Source: Yuukianura sp. NJ FZ-2021 (taxonomy: Eukaryota). From it: a stretch of 64,000 nt of DNA. The notes beneath the pieces are model-generated. The model was not told the DNA's origin. It did not search any database and saw only the letters and a program-made list of their open reading frames with translations. The stretch covers positions 9,858,001 through 9,922,000 of the forward strand of contig CM102287.1 in the NCBI GenBank assembly GCA_046563655.1. The letters are read 5' to 3'. A program made the position numbers and the translations under genes. This document shows positions 1 through 12,329 of this stretch, in pieces; the first letter of the stretch is position 1; every line of letters starts with the position of its first letter.

Positions 1-2315
1 TCGATTTTCCAATTTCAAGGATTCTAATGCTTTCACTTCTGCTTTCACTCCAGTACTAAAACATGGTGGAACACACCAGTCACCAAAGTTAACGCTAAAG
101 AAAGCAGCTAGTTTTGATAGCAGTTTCCTAAGGAAGAGATTTACAACTTTCTAAATTTCTCTTCTACAAAAATCTTAGAAAAGAATTCTCATGAGAAGAT
201 TTTGGCAAAAAATTCTAACATTTTTGCCAAAGTTCTGGTTTTAATAGCTTTTTAGAGCAAAGAAATCAAAGGAAACTTTCACTTTTCATTTTTTGTAGTT
301 ACTCCCTCCACCCGTTTTCAAAACATTTTCAGAAAATCTGTTTTTGTTTTAGGTTTTTGTTGGCTATTTTTTGAGAATTAGTTTGGTTTAATTTCATTTT
401 CATGTGAGTCCAAATCTGTGAAGCTACAATAAATTTTGGTTTGGAGAAAATTAAATTCCAAATTTGGTTCGTTTCAATTCACACCCGAATTTTCTCGTTC
501 TGGACGAGAATTCCAATGAGCTGCTTTGTACTTTCCCTCTCCGTTGTTCTGCATTTCATGTCAATTTGTTTCTCTCCAGCCTTCTGTTTGAACAGAATGA
601 CGTCCCGCTCGTTTCTGTTTGAACAAAATTGAACATTTTCTAAAAAAGAGTTTGGAACAAGAATGATTCCAGCCCACGTTCATTTCCTTTTGTAAAGGCT
701 GCTGCTGATGGGCAGCATCTGCCTCCTCTATCTCCCCCATTCCCCAAAATCATCATTTCAAACAGATAACACTTTCACTTTCACTACGGAAATTACACGC
801 TTCAAAACAACTTTCGCCCCACCCATCAAAGAAATTTCAAAAACCAAAAAAGAATGTCAAAATTTCAAAATGTTCATACTATACATACTACATCTAAGTA
901 CGAAAATGGTGATGGACTACAATGAACTAGGCATAAAGAACAAAGCTAAGCTTGAGGAATTTCTGGGATTTTAAAAGGCACTAAATCCAATTTTGAAAAA
1001 AAAATGAAAATTTTGCGAACAAATTAATTTTGTTTTGAAAAGAAAGTTTTGCCAAGGTTTTCAAAAGTTTTGGACAGGAGAAAGTGAGTTAGATGGATTT
1101 TTGAACTTTTTGTGTGTTTTGTGAGCAATGAGAAATGGGTTTGTGCCAAAGTTTTGTAGAGCGAGAGAAAGTTGACCTTTGACATTTTGTGCAGATTCGA
1201 CACTGGATTGTGATTGGCTGGAAGTAAAGAATCTTGGCTCCGCCTCTTTTGCTGAATTCCGGCACCAGGGAAGCCCACTTTCTCCGCCTTTCACTTTAGA
1301 TTGCTTGGCGGGACATGCGTCTTTGGCGCGAAAGTTCGCTTTCTCCAACTTTTACTTTGAAATTCCTCTAGTGCCAGCCTCCTCGTTCCTAACATAACGT
1401 CAGTCCATGTTCGACTGGCTCCAGCATCACTTTCTGTTTCTTCTTTTCTTCCGTGACCTTTGACCTTCTTCACACTTCTCTTCTATTTCCTTTTCTTTTC
1501 TCTTTTTCTGTTCTCTTGTATCTCGACTCTACAGCCGGCTGTTGGATTCCCAGTAAGTTGAAATTTTAACTTCTTAAATCTAATTTTTAAGTTTTTTGAT
1601 ACTTAAAATGTGTTTGAACATGTTTGAACAACTGGTTTAAAAAAAATAAGTTTAAGGACAACAGTTGTGGTTTCTCAGATTGTTTTCTTGGAGAACAAAA
1701 CCTCAAAATACTTTGGAAAAAGGCACTGTCGAGTGAAATTTTTACTCTGAATTTCCAAAAAGTACGAAAATAGAAATTGCTGCACAGAGTGACCAAATGC
1801 TAATTTTTTAGCAATGAAAATAAACACAGGGATAATAAAAATGAGGGAAAACGTTTGTTCTATTGTCCATTTTTTTTACTGTGCAGTTGTTGAAGTTTTC
1901 CTTATGTCAACCTAGCACGTTTTTCGGGATGACGCTTCAAAAGTTACTATCAACAACTGCACAGAATAAAAAAATGAACTATAAAAATTGTACTTTTGTT
2001 CAAATAAAATTTGGAAAATGGTTAGTTGCGAACTAGAAGTCACTGTGAAAAGTTTCAAGTCTTCAACATCTCAAACATTATTTATTTATACAATTTATTA
2101 AATAACTAATTTATTTTTTAGTATTTATTAAAGTATGGATTTGTTCCTTCCCGATTTTGATCAAGATAGTTGGTATTTGGTGAGGAATTGAAAACGACAA
2201 GCTCTAATAGCTACTTCTTTCGGTTTCTCATACTTTTCAAATGTTAAAAAGTTAATGCAATGTTTGAAATGGCAAAAAGTTAAAAGTTAAACGTTATTTT
2301 TCGTTCTTTTAGAAA

Positions 2316-5300
2316 ATGAGTTCAATTTCTAAGACGATTTCTGATGCGACGACGACAGTTCGAGAGTCCATGAAGACTGCTCTGAACATGGGCATGACAA
2401 TGGGCAGTGGAACCAAGGACGTCGGGACACTTCACTACAACGGTAAGTTCAATTTCACCACGACAGGTCAAAGCTCAAGGTCACCCAAAGGTCACGCGGT
2501 CAAAGGTCAACTATTTAGTTTCATGCAGTATAAACTCAACTTTGTAAAACGCCAAACAACTTTTTTTATGATGCGCCACAGATTCCAACCTTGGTATAGT
2601 AGGTTAGCCATCGCTTTCAGAATTTTCTTCTAATTTCAGCTAATTTCAAAATTAAACTTCTTTTCACAAAATGAAAACTTTCACCTAAAAAAAAACTGTA
2701 AATTTTGAATTTGGAAAGTTGGACTTTGTGCTATGGAATGTTGGGAATGCGGGAGAGATTAGGGCTAGAGTTTATTGTTTAAGCGGTCCCCCTCCCTGTT
2801 TGTGACAGTAACAGATTTGGAACATTCACAGAAGAAGCATTTGGAGGGAGTAACTATTTTATTACACTTTTGCCCCGCTCTTTTTCAAATTTTATGCGTC
2901 CGGGTAACAGACGGTTCCTGCCTGTCGTTTCTCCCAAGTGGAAGATCACATTTAATTAAATTCTTGCTCACCCTCACTCAATCTCTCTAATCTCCCAGAA
3001 ATAACAAACTGACTGGACAGATACTACACAAAGGCATGCACGGGCATCAAAATTTACAAAATTTGAATTCGAAATTTTGAAAATTTGAATTTTATCGTTC
3101 CCTCTCTTTTCTTGCTGAGAGGGGGAGGGAGGGTGTTGATTGAGTGAAAGTCAAGTGAAAGTGGATTTGGGTTGGCAAACAATGAGGCTGGAAGTGACAA
3201 TGTGCAGGGAGTGGCTGCCTATCTCCCGTCTCCAGGGAAAAAGGCTTCATTTCCTTCCAAATTCAATTTTCAATTGAAAAGTAACCACCAGGGGTAACCT
3301 CAAGTAACCACTGAAGTAACCACCAGTAACCAACCAGAGATGCACAGACTAGATTCCGTTTTTTAAAAAAGATGCTTCTGGGAGGGAAAGTTTTTGAAAA
3401 GAAAGTTCCTCCAATGTTGTGAAGCCTCGGAGGGGAAAACCCACACAATTCAATTCTGATTGTAACTCAAACACCGGAAAAACACTTCCGCATCCGTCCA
3501 CCCCCCCCCCTCAAACCCCTTCCCCCCGTTTAGAGGGGGGGGGGGTGACATAAAACGTGAACAACAAATCTTAAAATGTATTTTAACTTTTTAAATAACT
3601 ATTAATTTATGTTATTAGATAATGTAAGACAGTGTATTTGAGTAGTGTTTAAAGCTAATGTTGAATCGCTGTTAGTCTCGTGGGAGTTTAAGTGGAAATG
3701 AATGTAGTGGAAGGAGGCTTAAGGGCTTTTCTCCTGTCAATATTCCATTTTCCCACACAAATCCAACTCCTTTCACTCTCGTCATGAACTTTGACATGAA
3801 CAGTTCGACGCTCCAAGTGCTCAAAATGACGGGAAAGAGCCAGCTGAGCCCTGTCAATCACTTTCACGCTCTAACTCTTAAGCCTTAATGCATAGGAATA
3901 GTTACTCCCTCCAAAAGATTCTAAAGTCTCAGAAACTTTTAGCAAAATGATTACTTTCTCTAAAAGATTCCACAATTTTAGATTCCGCTTGAATAGTTAC
4001 TCCCTCCAAAAAAAATCCAACTAAACTGGCAAGACTTTTTCTAAAGTATTCCAGACTTCTCTGCCGTTGTAAAATTAGTAACTTCCTCCAAAATATTGGA
4101 GTTTTTTGTTGAATTGAAGTTAGTTGATACGTCCAAGATTTAAAATTTTTTGGTTGAATTGAAATTAGTTACTCCCTCCTAAGGTCGTAATATTTTAAGT
4201 TTACAGTGACTTAGTTAGTTACTCCCTCCAAATAAAATCAACCTTCAGGGAAAGTTTTCTCTTCGGGGTTGTAGAAATCCTGTTTTTTTGAAAATTTAAA
4301 ATTTTGAACTTTTTTTTAGATCTGCTTCCATGGAACAGCAATGGAAGCAAGGAGACACACGACTTTTACAACAAGTTGACCCCAATTTTACTTGATTTCA
4401 TTGACAAGTCGAATGATCGGAACGAAAAGATCCTGGACTTTCACCATCCAGACCAACTCATGGATGTTATGGACTTAACTCTTCCAGAAGAACCACAAAA
4501 CCTGGATCAAATCCTCACTGACTGCAAGGATGCTCTCAAGTATCAAGTCAAAACAGGTAAAACATAACCTTAATCAAAAACTATTCACAAAAACAGTTTA
4601 CTCTCAATCAGTATCAAAACAAACAAAAAACTTTCTCTTTTACTTTCTACTTTGTCTATTGTTAGTTTTTGGGATTGTTCTGGATTTGACATTTGTTTTT
4701 GAAAAAGCGGGTTTTATTCCCGCCTTTTGTGAGGGTGCCCGGAGTAGTGGTGGGTTTAAGGCGATTACAAGTTGAAATCGGGGTCTGAGGAATTAGGGTT
4801 GGTTGACTGCCTTTCAAAAGGCACTCGGAGGAACACATTAGACTCAAGAGATCCTCCGGAGTGAAGAGGAGGAGGAGGGGGAGCTCTTGAGCCGTCCAGT
4901 GAAGCATGGAAATATCAAAATAATCCACTTTTTAGGAGGGAGGAAGAGGAATTCCTGGAGAAAGTAGGAATGAGCACAATTGGAATTCCTGCGTGGGAGC
5001 TTGGAAAAGTGGAGGCAACTTCTGTTCGTTTACTTTCTCAATTCTTTGGCTCTAAATCTTCCCCACCCTCAAACAGCCTGTCACTCACAGATGCTTCCCC
5101 AGCACACTCCCCCTCTCACTTCTTTTATTATCCAAATTTTGATTTTGGCATTAATGACACAAGGCACACTTTGGTCAAAGCACAAAAGCATTAAAGCCAA
5201 TCGCTCACATTAAATCTACGCGAAAGTGAAAGTGACAACTGCCAAAATCGGCGAAAAACTGCGAAATCTGCGGTGAAAAGACGAAAAACCAGCGAAATTC

Positions 5301-8300
5301 GCGACAAAACTAACGAAAAACTATAAACTAAAAAATCACAAAGGTGAAAGTTGGGGAAATAAAAAAGAAGTTTTGCTGTCTGGAACTTTGTAGTGGCAAG
5401 AAATAGAAACGCGAAAAAAATTTTAGTTTCGAATTTTCAAATTTTGCACGAAGATTTAGAACGTTGCTTCTTAACGAAATTGAACATTTTCAACGAAATC
5501 GAAACTCGAAAGAAAAGTTTTTGTTTCGTTTTTAGTAATTGGGAGGCTTTACTTGAGCCTTTTTCTTCCTGATTAAAAGCTTTTTTCCACTTTTCCCTCG
5601 ACTGTGGGAAAAACCCGGGAAGAAAACAAAACTTTTTTCTCCATTTGAAGAAAAGAGGCAGCAGTTGTTTTAAAAGATTTTTTTAGATTCGTTCCCCTCT
5701 CCATCGGATTTTCATTTGGTTCACTGCAGAAATGTTCAGTAATTACCCACACACTTTTCCCCCTTGAGCAAACCTTTTCCCCAAGAGACCCATTTTCCCA
5801 CCCAAGAAAAAAAATAGTGACGGTAGGATTTGAACTGACGACCACACCAGGGTGAGTGATGATGATTTTATGCCTGGCTCTCCTGGAAATCCGAAATTCG
5901 GGTGGGTTAGTTTGAATTCCCGCGAGAAAAGATGTGATCCGGGTAGAAGAAAGAGAAAGTAAATCCCGGGTTTTCCTTCTCGGAGTCTCTCACAATATGA
6001 CATCCAATTAGGCCTCTTCTTCCCACATATGCTCCCTCTCCCTAGTTCATTGATTAGGTTAAGGTTAGGCTAAGGTTAGGTTTTGATTAGGTTTCATTCA
6101 ATACTGTTTGATAGAAAAAAGTTTCAATTCACGTTCGATCTGATGTAACCACGACCGTATTTTTCCAAAAACAGCTCAATCAACTTTCACTTAAAAAAAA
6201 GCAAAAGCTACTTTATGGTTGACATTGTCTGTCTGTCTGTCTGTCTGCCTGCCTGTCTGTCTGTCTGTCTGTGTGACTGCTAAAAACAGTGGGGAAAAAA
6301 TGCAGAAGCTACTTTACGGTTTGACATTCTCTGTCTGTACGTCTGTCTGTCTGATAAAAACAGAGTAGGGGTAAATTTTGATTATTTCTTTTTTTTTGTC
6401 ATAGTTGTGTTCATTTGGGTAGAAAATCGAGAGACAAAGGATCTTCTGAGCTTTTGTGTATTTGAAAACAATTTTGTGAAGAGGTCAAAGGTCAGTGAGC
6501 TGCATAATAGATTTCCTGGATCAACCAATGGGAATCCCCCATTCTTCTGCTCCGACGAACCAACAATCACTTCATCCCCCACAAATCACAATGCATCAGA
6601 ACAATACAAAAACTCATCTCGAGACAGAATCTCTCAAAATCTCATCCTACCAAAAAAAAATTCATGAAAACCCTAAAAAGTTCATTTGCTGTTTGTTGCT
6701 GAATGCTGAGAATAAAAAAAAAAAGATTTTTTAGAATTCCACTTCAAAATTCAAAATTCGAATTTTGTTATGAAAATTCCAAACATCCTAAAAATTTTGC
6801 GCACAGAAGAGAAGTATGGGCAAAAAAAACTTCAAACTAAGCCATTTTCTTTGTTAAACGACAAAATATTCCTTATTTTTTTCCCCGGGTTTTAAATTGG
6901 AAAGGGCATTTTTTTAAAATAAAGCTCTAAAATAAAGTTTTTGTTCTAAATTTGTTTTAAATTTCTATTTGAACAGGTCACCCTCACTTTTTCAATCAGT
7001 TGTCGACTGGACTGGACACGGTGTCCCTTGCTGGAGAGTGGCTCACTGCCACGGCCAACACGAACATGTTTACATACGAAATAGCTCCTGTTTTCATCAT
7101 GATGGAGGACATTGTGCTGAAGAAGATGCGGGAAATCATTGGATTCCCCCAGGGGGACTCCATTCTGGCACCAGGCAAGCAAAACCCACTTTATGACCCA
7201 CCATTACCATAAATCCCACCATTAAGACCCACCAAACCCACCTTATCTCTTCAAATACCCATAAACCCATTCAAATTGAAACACAGAACCCCTCTTCCAG
7301 CTCAATTACTCAGTAATTCAAAAGGAATTACTCCGTAATTACTTTGTAATTGGTGAATTACGTAATTACTGGAGTAATTAATTACTTGTGTTTCCCAGGT
7401 GGAAGCATTTCCAATTTGTATGCAATTATTGTGGCGAGACACAAAATGTTTCCAGACTACAAGAAAAAGGGGCTCAGAGCTCTTCCGTCTGGACTCGTCA
7501 TGTTCACATCAGAAATGGTAAGGTCAATGACCTTTGACCTCAGGTCAATGACCTTGAATTGACCTTTTACGTTTGACCTTTAGTGTCACTACTCAATCAA
7601 AAGTGCAGCGATGGTCACTGGCCTTGGAATGGAGAATTGTGTAGAAGTTCCAGCGGATGAGCGGTAATTTTTCACTTTTGTTCAAAATTTCGAAATTCTG
7701 AAATTCAGTGACCTTTGACCTTTGATTTTTGCGTGACCTTTGACCTTTTTAGAGGTCGGATGATTCCAGCGCAGTTGGAGAGGTTGGTGCTGAAAGCTAA
7801 AGCGGAAGGAAAACATCCGTACTTTGTGAATTGTACTTCCGGAACAACAGTTTTTGGAGCCTTTGACCCCATCAACGAAATTGCAGACATTTGTGAAAAA
7901 CATGGTCTCTGGCTACACATTGACGTAAGAACAACAATTTCAAAAAAAGTTCAAATTTTCAAAAACAGAAAAGTTTCTGAAAACTTCAAATTTTTACTTT
8001 CTCCAGGGAGCGTGGGGTGCCAGCGTCCTCATGTCGAAGAAATACAGACATCCAAGATTCACTGGGGTGGAGAGGTAAAGTTGAGGGGAGAAGTTTTAGA
8101 AAATGTTTTTGAAAAAGTGTTCGTTTTTTTTTTTGAAAACCTAAATTTTGAAATTTAAATTGACCTTTGACAGTTGAAAAGCCTCGAAGTAATTGATTAG
8201 CACTTTCTCTTTTGAATTAATTGTAGAGCTGACTCCCTCAGCTGGAACCCACACAAACTCCTGTCGAGTCTCCTCCAGTGCTCCACCGTTCACTTCAAAG

Positions 8301-9176
8301 AAAGTGTAAGTCACGACTAATTAACACTAGTAATTAATTAATCCAAAAGTAATTAAGTAATTCATCAATCCAAAAGTAATTCATCAATGTCAAAGTCACG
8401 TGACCCTGATTTGCATAATTCCTAGGGTGGATTGGTAAGCTGTAATCACATGGGTGCAGACTACTTGTTCCAGCAGGACAAGCACTACGACGTCCGATTC
8501 GACACGGGCGACAAGGTCATTCAATGTGGTCGTCACAACGACATTTTCAAGTTCTGGTTGCAGTGGCGTGCCAAGGTGAGGTCAATGACCTTTGACCTTT
8601 TGGATTTTGACCTTTTATCTTGACTTTCATCTTTGATTGATCTTGACTTTTGACCTTTGATTTTGACCTTCATCTTTGTTGATCTTGACATTCATCTTTG
8701 ACCTTTTGTTTTTACTTTCACCTTTGAATTGATCTTTGACCTGTGATCATCACTTTCACATTTGACCTTTGACCTTCAGCTTTGAATTGACCTTTGACCT
8801 TTAGGGAACGAGTGGCCTGGAGAAGCACGTTGATTCGTTGATCGAGCTGTCCGAGTACATGGTGGAGCGGATGAAGTCAATGCCTCAGAAGTTCTACCTC
8901 CTCGTGCCAGAACCAGAACTGGTCAACGTCTGTTTCTGGTACATTCCGCTGCGCCTGCGCGGAATGAGTCACGGACCAGAACGTGTCAAACTCCTAGGCG
9001 ACATCACTCCGAAGATCAAAGCACGCATGATGGAAGCAGGGACGTTGATGATTGGCTACCAGCCACAAGGCGACATTCCCAACTTCTTCCGCAACATCAT
9101 CTCCAATCCAGCAGTCAAGAGAGCAGATGTAGACTTCCTTCTGGCAGAAATCGATCGGTTAGGACAAGATCTCTAA
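2316..9176 (+). CDS. Gad1: Glutamate decarboxylase (group II PLP-dependent decarboxylase), 533 aa, 10 coding exons: 2316-2442, 4320-4556, 6977-7174, 7399-7517, 7584-7663, 7753-7924, 8007-8074, 8227-8305, 8426-8575, 8805-9176
   Basis: Exons join in phase (1602 nt). The product has GAD hallmarks: [79 protein letters not shown], the PLP-lysine motif [35 protein letters not shown] and NFFRNIISN. Intron 3 is GC-AG. Confidence 0.96.
6227..6272. repeat. (GTCT)n microsatellite, slightly interrupted, in Gad1 intron 2
   Basis: gtctgtctgtctgtctgtctgcctgcctgtctgtctgtctgtctgt seen directly, with a shorter echo near 6331-6353. Confidence 0.9.
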
Positions 9177-11904
9177 ACAAATAGAAGAAATGATGACCTT
9201 GACCTTCAAAAGGTCAAAGGTCAACATCTTAGTCCGAAATTAGATACTATATGAAAAACATAAAGTCGAAATATTTAGAAAAACTATACTAAACTATCTA
9301 GAAAAGAAAATTAGTTTGGGTCACTAAGGTCACCAAAGAGGAGAAAGTTGAAAGTGAGTGAAAGTGGAGAAATGCCGACTTCTGCATTTTCACTTGCACA
9401 ACAAATGTTTCGTTTACGAAAATTTTCATTAGAAAAAACTTTCGTTTCAAAAATTTTTTGAACATTGTGGATTGCGAAAACTTAAAAATGAGTTCATGAA
9501 ATTAGTTTCCAAAAGAAATGCCGACTTCTTTTGGAAACTAAATTGAAAATGGAAGTTTAAATGAAATGAAAAGTTAATTGTAATGGTAATTAAGTTAATT
9601 AATTAATGAAACTTAATTGTTAGAAAACTGTAACAAATGAGTGCTTCCAAAGGTACCTGTGCACAAGTTAAACACCTAAAAACTATTTAGCAAAAACTTT
9701 AATTAATTTCAGACCATTATGTATAGTTTAACAATCTTTCAGATGTGAATTCTCTTCAAAATTCTCGAAATTAGAATTTAAAAGGCCATTTTTTAAATTC
9801 TGATTGAAGAATTGAAATTTTTGAAAATCGAAACTTGGATTATTCAATTTTTTGTTCTCTCTTTTGAATTTGAAATTTTGAGTTTAAGGTGAAGTTGGAT
9901 TTTGATCCCATGTGCCGACAGGATCAAAATCAAACTAACCAACTCTTTTTTTTTTTCATTTCTAAATTTTGAGTTGAAAAGTTGCAATGTGATTAACTAC
10001 ATAAACGTAAAACCGTAAAAGTTGTGTGTAAATTGTAAATGTTTACGTAAAATTTACGTCGTAAATGTTAACTGTATAGAAAATGGTAGCAGTAAGAAGC
10101 CAATCAGAGAGACGTGTGCTTCCGGTAGGCAATAACTTGTGAACTTGTAAATGGACCTTGTAGTTAGTTAACCTTTGACCTTTACCTTAGCAAATCACAA
10201 AGGATACAGTCATAATCATTGCTTGTGTATCATAGACAATAACAAAAGGGTCAACAGCAATTTACTCAACATCAATTTGATCAACAACGTCTTAAGCAAC
10301 TGGGTTTATCTCTCCTTGTACCCAAAGGATACGAAAGCCTGTGAACCTGACAATAATCGTCGACAAATAATTGTAATCCAAGAGATTAACTAATTAAACT
10401 AAATTAAAATAATTAATTAAACTTTAATTAATTAAACTTAATTAAAATTTTATCTTAAGTTAGGCTAACAAATGAGCCGTATTCCTGAGGAAGTCACTCC
10501 AAACTCACTCCGTATTAAATGTATCTGGTTTAGGTACCAAGTCAATGAACTTGGTACCTAAATAGCTAACCAGAAACCAGATTAGGCTAACCAGAGGTAC
10601 CACATTAGTTTAGGTACAAGTGTGTTGGTCTGCGTGTCAATCAGTATTATTTTGGAGAGGATCTATAGACTTTATGAAGATGTTAAATCAGAAAAGTTCA
10701 CAAAAAGTCTACAAACTAGCGTTAACTCTTCGCTTATTTCCTGAATTGTAATTGGTTGAGTGTGAATTGTATAATTAATTATGTAACTAGTTAAGGTGTA
10801 ATTCAGAAGTAATTAGGAAGGAGTTCAATAGCTCGATTCAAATGGATCCAAGTATCCAGACAATAAAATCAAAGTCTTCCAGAACTATAAAGAGAAACTA
10901 AAGTTAAAGTTAAGGTAAAACCTAAAATTAGTTAAGGTTAGTTCATCTTGTTTAGCATTTTAGTTGGTAAAATAACGTCCGAAATGTCTACTTTCCTTTG
11001 TGTCCAAAATTTGAATTGGAATTTTCTTATAATTTTTGTGATAATTTTTAATTTCAGTAATGCCGTGTTTAATTGTTAAACAGTTGTTGTTTTTGTGTCA
11101 ATTGTTAAAGTAGCATACAATTGCATTATTATTGGTTGGTTTGACCTTTGACCTTGTGCCGTGTGAGGTTTAGTTGTTGAGTCCTGAGCAGAAGTTATAA
11201 TAAAGTTAAAACTACTATTTTAAATTACAGCCCGTGTAAAAAAAATTGTTATGTTCGGTACTCAGAAATTGATTCTGAAGTTATAAAAATTTCTACGAGT
11301 TTCATGAATTTAATTTTTATGAATGGCGTTTAAATTATGAATTTCATGCAGATAAGCTGAAAAGACGCTAAATTCAAATTTGGCGCCACACAAAAACCAA
11401 ATTTAAAAAAACCCGGGAATCAAAATTCAAAAATTGAGAGTTGAAAATTGTAAAAGTAGAGTTTACATTTATTAATTTTATATTTAGATTTAATTAATTG
11501 TGTTTAATTAGTTAATCCCAACTGCCAGTACCATGTACTAATCGACGGATTGCTTGCTTGGGTTGGATGATTGACTACCCGGACAGGGACAGATTCACTG
11601 TTCGTGACTTCCCACATGTGTTGGCATGACATCTAAGAAGAGGTAATACAGGTCAAAAGGTCAGGTCACAATTTAGTTGAAATTCAATTAATCTGATTGT
11701 TTACTTTATGTAGTTCAAGTGCAGAGTCATAAGTCATCTGTGGTGATTGACACAAGGCGACAGACAGACGTTGTGAAGTTCTTGTTCGTTGGTGTCGCGA
11801 GTTTTGAAGGAAGTCAGTAATCAAATCACTAATCAGTTACAATCTAAACCAGGGTGGATCCGAATAATCCGAAATCTTCAGCTGGAAGAGGAGCTACAAC
11901 TGTC

Positions 11905-12329
11905 ATGGGTTCAATTGAAGAAGAATTTGACAAGGCCATAAAGTACATTCAGGAGTTGCCCAAGGAAGGTGAATCATCCAATTGAATCATATTTACACCG
12001 AATGAGTGCCGTCGGTGGTGTCCAAAGTCCAAACATACGAGGAGACTTAAAATGTTGTTACTAATAATTTCTGTTGACATTTTGTAGGCCCTTACAAACT
12101 GAAAGATGACGAGAAGAGGAGACTTTATGGTCTTTTTAGACAAGCCAAAGATGGACCCTGTAAAGATGCCAAACCCAAAGGATTTTTCCAGTTTTCTGCC
12201 AGGGCTAAATGGGATGCGTGGGCAGTTCTTGGTCAAATGACCAAAGAAGATGCCATGTCGCAATACGTTGACGAGTTCAAGAAACTACGCAGTCGATTTG
12301 AAACGGCTTCAGCTGCTCAGGAAAGCTAA
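11905..12329 (+). CDS. Small acyl-CoA-binding (ACB) domain protein, ~101 aa, exons 11905-11968 and 12088-12329 (missed by the ORF track)
   Basis: Spliced product MGSIEEEFDKAIKYIQELPKEG|PYKLKDDEKRRLYGLFRQAKDGPCKDAKPKGFFQFSARAKWDAWAVLGQMTKEDAMSQYVDEFKKL... has the ACBP pattern F..A, LY.L..QA..G, AKWDAW, AM..Y. The intron is canonical GT-AG, phase 1. Confidence 0.9.

Noticed and set aside
1..2315. Short ORFs upstream of Gad1
   Set aside because: Phe/Lys/Leu-rich translations of AT-rich DNA; probably promoter, a non-coding exon (donor near 1554) and intron.
6054..6092. Telomere or telomere-fusion site
   Set aside because: Only a few degenerate TTAGG units inside an intron.
11530..11904. Upstream coding exons for the small ACB protein or a separate minus-strand gene
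   Set aside because: Candidate splice chains hit stops or need a ~36-nt intron; more likely 5' UTR exons.
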